DNA of 33,958 bases, taken from positions 1 through 33,958 of the forward strand of contig JASFUR010000001.1 in NCBI GenBank assembly GCA_050050215.1, read 5' to 3'. Positions within the stretch are counted from its first letter, which is position 1. The number at the start of each line of letters is the position of its first letter. The position numbers and the translations under genes are program-made. A model generated the notes under the pieces. The model saw only the letters and a list, made by a program, of their open reading frames with translations. It did no database searches and was not told the origin of the DNA. Shown in pieces: positions 28,554-33,958 of the stretch. This DNA is from Gemmatimonadota bacterium (GTDB lineage: Bacteria; Gemmatimonadota; Gemmatimonadetes; Longimicrobiales; Gaopeijiaceae).

Positions 28554-29303
28554 TCAACGCGAGGTGCGCATGTCCCGTGGCGGGTCCGCCGGCGCTTCAC
28601 TCGGACGGTCGTAACCCGCCAGAGCCCACAACCCAGCGTGCTTCTGGATACAGACGCAACCGTTCGACGACGTGGAGAGAATGCCGTCGTAGAGCCAGTC
28701 GTTCAGAAGCGTCGTGACCGTGGCGCGGTGGGAGCCGGCGAGGTCGGCGAGCACCTGGTGCGTGAGGCGTTCGGGGATCTCGATCCGGCGGCCGTCCGGC
28801 TCTCCGCAGCGGTCGGCCACGTCGAGGAGCACCTCGGCGAGCCGCTGGGCGGCCGTGGGACCGCGCGAGCCCCCCTGCGCGTGACGCAACCGGTGCAGCT
28901 CCCGCTCGACGCCGTCGAGATACGCGTCGAGGCTCTTCCTCGCCGTCTTGAGGCCGTGGAGCACCCCCGTCTTCGGCAGCGGAAAGACCGTGCACGTGGC
29001 GCCTGCGATGGCGCCGTACCGGCGGTGTCCCTCGGTGAACGCTTCGTCGCCGAAGAGCTCCCAGGGGAGCGCCACACCCACGGTGCGCTCCGGTCTGCCC
29101 TTGTCCATCGCCGGGAGCACGAGGCGCATGTATCCCCGCTGGACGAGGAAGACCTCCCTGGCCGTATCCCCGGCGGCGTACAGCGAGCGTCCCTTCACCA
29201 GGGAGATGGGCTCCGCCTTCTTCACGAGTCGGTACAGCTTGCGATCGCGTGGCGGACTGAGACGAAACGGCAAGTTCGGAGGTCGGCCGAGGGTAGAGGG
29301 CAT
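28554..29303 (-). CDS. Crp/Fnr family transcriptional regulator
   Basis: The preferred ATG at 29303 gives 249 aa; the upstream part of track ORF 28554..29561 overlaps the DUF423 gene region. It has a cNMP-binding-like beta roll (GDTAREVFLVQRGYMRLVL...FGDEAF) and a C-terminal HTH (THQVLADLAGSHRATVTTLLNDW). There is no N-terminal Cys cluster, so it is not a classical FNR. Confidence 0.8.
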   Translation of the reverse strand: MPSTLGRPPNLPFRLSPPRDRKLYRLVKKAEPISLVKGRSLYAAGDTAREVFLVQRGYMRLVLPAMDKGRPERTVGVALPWELFGDEAFTEGHRRYGAIAGATCTVFPLPKTGVLHGLKTARKSLDAYLDGVERELHRLRHAQGGSRGPTAAQRLAEVLLDVADRCGEPDGRRIEIPERLTHQVLADLAGSHRATVTTLLNDWLYDGILSTSSNGCVCIQKHAGLWALAGYDRPSEAPADPPRDMRTSR

Positions 29304-29408
29304 GCATTCGGGCAGCGGACCAGAGACCCAGGATAATGGCGCGCCGCACGACTCGCGAGCGGCGGGGGCACACTGGCGCGGCCCCGCCCCGAATGCGAAC
29401 GTCCTCGC

Positions 29409-29783
29409 ATGACATCCGTACGCATGTTCTTCCTGCTCGGCTCGCTTCTCGGCGGCCTCGGCGTCGGGCTCGGCGCGTTCGGAGCTCACGGGCTTCAGCG
29501 GGTGCTGAGCGCCGACGATATCTCGACGTTCGAAATCGGCGTCCGCTACCAGATGTACCACGCGCTGGCGCTGCTGGCCGTGGCCTGGGCGGCATCCAGG
29601 TGGGAGTCCGGCGCGGTTCTCGCCTCGGGTTGGCTCTTCGTCGCCGGCATCGTGCTGTTCTCGGGGAGTCTCTACCTGCTGGCCCTGACCGGCTCGCGGT
29701 GGCTCGTCTGGATCACGCCCGTGGGGGGCCTGACGTTTCTGCTCGGTTGGGCCGCTCTCGCCTGGAGCGCCTTCCGCGGATGA
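29409..29783 (+). CDS. DUF423 (YgdD/TMEM256 family) small membrane protein
   Basis: 124 aa with four hydrophobic helices and the GAFGAHGL...YQMYHALALL motifs characteristic of DUF423. Confidence 0.8.
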   Translation: MTSVRMFFLLGSLLGGLGVGLGAFGAHGLQRVLSADDISTFEIGVRYQMYHALALLAVAWAASRWESGAVLASGWLFVAGIVLFSGSLYLLALTGSRWLVWITPVGGLTFLLGWAALAWSAFRG

Positions 29784-30547
29784 GCGGCGACCTCGAGCGC
29801 GCCCGTGATCTCCTGGGTGGCGCCGAGCGCATCGCGGTTCTCACGGGAGCGGGCGTGTCCGCCGAGTCGGGCGTGCCGACGTTCAGGGGCGCACAGGGGC
29901 TGTGGAAGTCCTACCGGCCCGAGGAGCTCGCCACCCCGCAGGCCTTCGCCCGCGATCCCAGGCTCGTCTGGGAGTGGTACGCCTGGCGACGGGCGTTCAT
30001 CGCCGAGTGCATGCCGAATGCCGCGCACACGGCCCTCGCGCGGCTGGCTCTGGGCGGCGACCGCGCGACCATCGTCACCCAGAACGTGGACGGACTCCAT
30101 CACCGGGCCGCGGAACAAGTCGCGGAGGACGATCAGCGACCCGAGGACGCTTATCCGCTCGAGGTCCACGGCGCCATCCACCGGGACCGCTGCGGCGAGT
30201 GCGGGCGCAGGAGCCCCGGCACGCAGGACGTCGACGCCACGGCCCTCGAGACCCTCCCGCGCTGCCCCGTCTGCTCGGGCCTGCTGCGCCCCGACGTGGT
30301 CTGGTTCGGAGAAGCGCTCGACGCCGACGTGATCGGGGCGGCGTTCGAAGCCGCCCGCGCCGCGGACGTCTGCCTGGTCGTGGGAACGAGCGCCATCGTG
30401 TACCCCGCGGCGTCGGTCCCCGAGGTCACCGTTCACGCCGGCGGGGCCGTCATCGAGGTCAACCCCGAATCCACGCCGCTGACCTCGCTCGCGTCCGTCA
30501 GCTTGCGGGGGCCCGCCGGGGAGCTCGTACCCGCGCTCCTCGCCTGA
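29780..30547 (+). CDS. cobB: NAD-dependent protein deacylase/deacetylase (Sir2 family, CobB-like)
   Basis: The ATG at 29780 overlaps the DUF423 TGA (ATGA). The upstream part of track ORF 29336..30547 is Arg-rich junk overlapping DUF423. Motifs: VLTGAGVSAESGVPTFRG...LW, TQNVDGLH, a Zn ribbon CGECG...CPVCSG, LRPDVVWFGE and VVGTSAIVYPAA. Confidence 0.9.
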   Translation: MSGDLERARDLLGGAERIAVLTGAGVSAESGVPTFRGAQGLWKSYRPEELATPQAFARDPRLVWEWYAWRRAFIAECMPNAAHTALARLALGGDRATIVTQNVDGLHHRAAEQVAEDDQRPEDAYPLEVHGAIHRDRCGECGRRSPGTQDVDATALETLPRCPVCSGLLRPDVVWFGEALDADVIGAAFEAARAADVCLVVGTSAIVYPAASVPEVTVHAGGAVIEVNPESTPLTSLASVSLRGPAGELVPALLA

Positions 30548-30567
30548 GCTCGAGACGCCACGAAGGC

Positions 30568-30600
30568 CGCCCGAGCGCAGGAACTTCGGAGACTCGGGCG
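30568..30600 (+). terminator. Candidate hairpin after cobB
   Basis: CGCCCGAG (30568-30575) pairs with CTCGGGCG (30593-30600), giving an 8-bp stem and a 17-nt loop, 21 nt after the cobB stop. There is no clear U-tract. Confidence 0.3.
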
Positions 30601-30766
30601 TCATATGAGGTGAGGCATCTGAGGGATCCGGAGCCGATCCCGGCGTCGGGCCGTAACATCCCCGCGGGCCGATAATGTTGGCGTCCGGCGCGCGTGATCG
30701 ACTAACATTGCACCGTGCGTCTTCCCCACCGACGTGCCCGTACTTCCGACCAACCGGGACCGCTTC

Positions 30767-32812
30767 ATGAGGCACCTTCGTCCGTCCAGGATCCTCGCGC
30801 TGCTCCTTCTGGCCGCGTGCAACAGCGGGACGACGGTCGTGGAGGTGGAGGTGGGGAGCATCAACGTCTCTCCCGCCTCCGCTGCCCTCGAGGTGGGCCT
30901 GACGCTGCAGTTCACCGCGGAGGTGCTCGACGATTCCGGCTCACCCCTCACGGGCCGGACGGTCACGTGGGAGTCGAGCGTGCCGGGCGTCGCATCCATC
31001 GACTCGGACGGTCTGGCGACCGGGCTCACCGAGGGTACGACGACGATCACCGCCACGGTCGACGGCGTGAACGGGAGCCGGTCCCTCACGGTCTCGGCCG
31101 CGTCGTGCAGCACGGTCACGGACGTCACGCTGAGCCCCGGCGAGTTCGCCTCCTTCCCGGGGGACGAGTGCCTGCTCCTGCCGGCCGGCTCGGCCGGTGA
31201 CACGTACCGGGTCGCCCTGGCCCGGCCGACGCTCATCCCCATCGAGAGCAACGTCCCGGACGTGACGCTCTACATGGACCCCGTCGCGATGGCCGCGGCT
31301 CCGCCGGCCGGTGAGGGCCCACGCGCCGCGTCCGTTCCGGCAACGGTCCTGAGACGGGATCCCGGGGTGGGCACCATCGACATGAGTCGCTCGCTCCGCC
31401 ACCTCGAATGGCAGGACGCCACGCGTGCCTTCCACAACGAGCTCCGCCTCCGCGAGCGCAACCTGAGGTTCGGCCCGGACGCGGTGCTTCCTCGCACTCC
31501 TCCGGGCCTCGCGGGTGCACCCCCGGCGCTCGTGGATCCGCCGGCGACCGACAGCATGTTCCTCCAGCTCGACTGCAGCGACACGACGGCGTGGAAGCAC
31601 GTGACCCTCATCGCGTTCAGCAACACCCTGGCGGTCTACCAGGAGACCGCCGAGCGGGACACCGCGGCCATCAGCACCCAGGCGGCGCAGGAGCTCATCG
31701 ACTACCACGACGCCTACGTCCGCGACATGGTGCAGCAGTACTGGGGCTCCATCCCGGATACCGACGCGAACGGCCGCGTCAACGTGGTGACCACGCCGAA
31801 CCTCGGCGAGAACGTGGCGGCGGCCGTCTACAGCGGGGACTACATCCAGAGGAACGCGGGCTGCCCGAGCTCGAACGAGGGCGAGACCGTCTACTTCAAC
31901 GGTCCCCTGATGGCCGATCTCGCTCCGAGCACCGGCGAGGCGGACTACTACGCCCTCGGCACGATCGCCCACGAGATGAAGCACGTCGTCTCGCTCTACA
32001 ATGGCATCCAACGTCCTACGGGATTCAACGACATCTGGGTCGAGGAGGGGACGGCGGAGGTATCCCAGGAGATGTCGTCCCGTTACGCGTGGGCCGCGAA
32101 CGGCGGGCCTGCCGTCGGCGACCAGATCACGGCGTTCCAGCTCTACCAGGCGGCGACGGGCGGGCTCCTGGACCGGGAGATCACCGGCGTGATCGACGTG
32201 CTCGCGGGCACGGTGCGCTCGCTGGCCTCGCAGCCCAACAGCGTGATCACGGACCCCGACGGCGCGGCCGAGGGCCACTCGTTCTACTCGACCGGCTGGC
32301 ACTGGCATCGGTGGCTCGGCGACGCGTTCGGCGGTGCCTCCGAGGCCATGGACTCGGCGTTCTTCCGCGAGCTCACGGACCCCAACACCCCGGCCGGCGG
32401 CACCACGGGTGAGATCCAGCTGACCGGCGAGGGGAGCTTCGAGCAGCTCTTCGAGGACTTCGTGGTCGCGGTGAGCCTCCACGGGACCGGGTATACCGCG
32501 CCCTTCCCGATCGACACGTGGGACTTCGTGGGCGCGGCGAACATCTTCTCGAACCCCGACCCGCCGGGCGACTACCCCTGGCCGGTGACGGCGACCGAGT
32601 CTGGGAGCGGCGCCACGGAGACCAAGCAGCAGTGGGCTCCGTTCGGCACGGCGACCTACTCGAGCCCGATCGGGCCGTCGGGCGTGCGCTTCCACGACTT
32701 CCGCTCGTCGGGAACCAATGACGTGCAGATCCATGCGTCCGCGAACCTGGCGCAGCAGTGCGACGGCGCCGCGGATCGCTGCGACCGCATCATCGTGTCG
32801 CGGATCGACTGA
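30767..32812 (+). CDS. Lipoprotein with N-terminal bacterial Ig-like (Big_2) domain and a HExxH putative zinc-metallopeptidase domain
   Basis: The ATG at 30767 gives MRHLRPSRILALLLLAACNSG, a lipobox. The Big_2-like segment is VSPASAALEVGLTLQFTAEVLDDSGSPLTGRTVTWESSVPGVASIDSDGLATGLTEGTTTITATV. HEMKH occurs at LGTIAHEMKHVVSL, with a downstream WVEEGTAE as a possible third-ligand Glu. Confidence 0.65.
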   Translation: MRHLRPSRILALLLLAACNSGTTVVEVEVGSINVSPASAALEVGLTLQFTAEVLDDSGSPLTGRTVTWESSVPGVASIDSDGLATGLTEGTTTITATVDGVNGSRSLTVSAASCSTVTDVTLSPGEFASFPGDECLLLPAGSAGDTYRVALARPTLIPIESNVPDVTLYMDPVAMAAAPPAGEGPRAASVPATVLRRDPGVGTIDMSRSLRHLEWQDATRAFHNELRLRERNLRFGPDAVLPRTPPGLAGAPPALVDPPATDSMFLQLDCSDTTAWKHVTLIAFSNTLAVYQETAERDTAAISTQAAQELIDYHDAYVRDMVQQYWGSIPDTDANGRVNVVTTPNLGENVAAAVYSGDYIQRNAGCPSSNEGETVYFNGPLMADLAPSTGEADYYALGTIAHEMKHVVSLYNGIQRPTGFNDIWVEEGTAEVSQEMSSRYAWAANGGPAVGDQITAFQLYQAATGGLLDREITGVIDVLAGTVRSLASQPNSVITDPDGAAEGHSFYSTGWHWHRWLGDAFGGASEAMDSAFFRELTDPNTPAGGTTGEIQLTGEGSFEQLFEDFVVAVSLHGTGYTAPFPIDTWDFVGAANIFSNPDPPGDYPWPVTATESGSGATETKQQWAPFGTATYSSPIGPSGVRFHDFRSSGTNDVQIHASANLAQQCDGAADRCDRIIVSRID

Positions 32813-33929
32813 CGACGTAGAGCCGGCGTGCGTGGTGATCCGAGCCGTAGCGGTTCTCGATCCGCGCGTACCCGATCACGCCGATCGACGCGTCGGACTC
32901 TACCCTGAAGAAGATGTGGTCGGTCGGGAAGCCGCTCCGCGTCGCCCGCCCATCCCACGGCGGCGACCCGGGGAACGCCTGCAGCATTCGCCTGAATGCG
33001 CTCTCGTTGCTCGCCCAGGTATTCATGTCCGCTCCCACGACCGTGGCGTCCACGGCGAGTCCGTCCGCCGCGGCCCGGGCCAGCCCGTCGACCAGGCCCA
33101 TGGCCTGCCTGAGGCGGGTCTGGTTCCCTGTCAGGAGAGTCCGCAGGAGGGTCGACGCGACGTCCAGGTGGAGCGCGACCACCCGTATGGTCCGCCCCTC
33201 GGGCATCGCCAGCGTGGCGGCGACGGCGACTTTCCGGCCGCCCTCGAGGGGAAGGTCGAACGCGATGGGGTCCGTGAGCGGAAGGTTGGACAGCACGGCG
33301 TTGCCCTTGTCCTCGTGGGGCCGGAGACCGTCGTCCGGGCCGTTGCGCGCCGAAGGCACGTACGCGAGAGCCAGCCCGCACCGTTTCGCCGCCTCCACGA
33401 TGTCGGGGCTTTCGCCCTGGGCCCGATCCGGGTCGATCGTGAACGGGATGATGCGGCTCCCCTCGACCTCCGGGAGATCCGCCGAATAGCGCCAAACCTC
33501 CTGTAGTAGCAGCACGAAAGGCTTCGTCCCCGACACCCCACGTCCGCCGACTGAGCAGTCGACGCCGAGCTCGTAGGACAAGAACCGAAGGAGGTCGCCT
33601 CCCCCGATCCACATGTTCCAGGAGATGACCTGGAGCGCGTCGCCTGGGCGCCACTCCACACCACCCTCGCGCGGTACGAGCTGGAGGACTGCAGCACCGA
33701 CGGTCGAGCACCAACGTGCGGCGAGCTCGACGTCGCGTGGGTCGGCGGCCCGGTACCAGCGCAAGTCGGAGTCGGATGGCGGCCGTTCCGCCACGGACGG
33801 GCCGTTCGGTAGGGGGCAGTGCCCTCCGGGGGCCGGGGTGGCCGGCTCCATGCGAGTCGGAAACGAGCAGGCCGCGGTGCCGACGAGGAGTCCGGCAGCG
33901 GCCAGCACGGCACGAGAGGAAGCACGCAT
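32790..33929 (-). CDS. Endonuclease/exonuclease/phosphatase (EEP) family lipoprotein
   Basis: 379 aa with a signal and lipobox MRASSRAVLAAAGLLVGTAAC. EEP-type motifs are VISWNMW, LLLQEV, VVALHLD, VGADMN and a C-terminal GSDHHA. Its 3' end overlaps the convergent upstream gene by 23 nt. Confidence 0.75.
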   Translation of the reverse strand: MRASSRAVLAAAGLLVGTAACSFPTRMEPATPAPGGHCPLPNGPSVAERPPSDSDLRWYRAADPRDVELAARWCSTVGAAVLQLVPREGGVEWRPGDALQVISWNMWIGGGDLLRFLSYELGVDCSVGGRGVSGTKPFVLLLQEVWRYSADLPEVEGSRIIPFTIDPDRAQGESPDIVEAAKRCGLALAYVPSARNGPDDGLRPHEDKGNAVLSNLPLTDPIAFDLPLEGGRKVAVAATLAMPEGRTIRVVALHLDVASTLLRTLLTGNQTRLRQAMGLVDGLARAAADGLAVDATVVGADMNTWASNESAFRRMLQAFPGSPPWDGRATRSGFPTDHIFFRVESDASIGVIGYARIENRYGSDHHARRLYVVSRSATR

Positions 33930-33958
33930 CTTCAGCCGATCGGGATGGAAAGCGAAGC

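Noticed and set aside
28554-30547. The long N-terminal extensions of the Crp regulator (to 29561) and of CobB (from 29336).
   Set aside because: The extensions overlap the divergent intergenic region and the DUF423 gene, and are compositionally junk. Internal ATGs at 29303 and 29780 give proteins of canonical length.
30674-30709. A second (pseudo-)dif or IMEX attachment site, suggested by ATAATGT and TAACAT fragments.
   Set aside because: Only short half-site-like fragments are present, 24 nt apart, without the 11-6-11 arrangement. They are more simply explained as AT-rich promoter or operator elements.

Overview
This is a high-GC chromosomal segment (about two-thirds G+C by eye) from a diderm bacterium. 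Its gene content resembles Gemmatimonadota-like lineages, but that is inference only. I found no rRNA, tRNA, CRISPR array, transposase or prophage. I call about 32 protein genes.

Gene order, left to right:
- A 5'-truncated DUF5916 protein, dedA, a XerD-like recombinase, an S41 C-terminal processing protease, and glutamine-dependent NAD synthetase.
- A small jelly-roll lipoprotein and an uncharacterised double-zinc-ribbon membrane protein.
- A stand-alone TrpG/PabA amidotransferase and a small polytopic membrane protein.
- An 8.8 kb co-directional envelope array, kdsB-pyrG-kdsA-kdsC-lptC-(giant lptA-like)-lptB-rpoN, running straight into two polyprenyl-phosphate-sugar synthase-type GT2 genes.
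- A convergent minus-strand operon: GT4, a YfhO-like GT-C, a flippase-like UPF0104 protein and a SAM methyltransferase.
- CYTH-rlpA, a YfgM-like TPR protein, a Crp/Fnr regulator, DUF423-cobB, an Ig-like/HExxH lipoprotein and an EEP-family lipoprotein.

The most notable non-coding signal is a 28-bp AT-rich element at 27601-27628, in the largest intergenic gap between convergent genes. It matches the XerC/XerD dif consensus at 20 of 28 positions. GGGNAGGG octamers are strongly strand-polarised toward it (11:1 on the left side). The window therefore probably spans the replication terminus.

The most system-like coding feature is the lipid-carrier-dependent periplasmic glycosylation module fused to the LPS/rpoN locus. 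The roughly 590-aa multi-module LptA-like protein is also unusual.

Many long ORFs in the track are antisense or alternative-frame artefacts of high GC content, and I rejected them.
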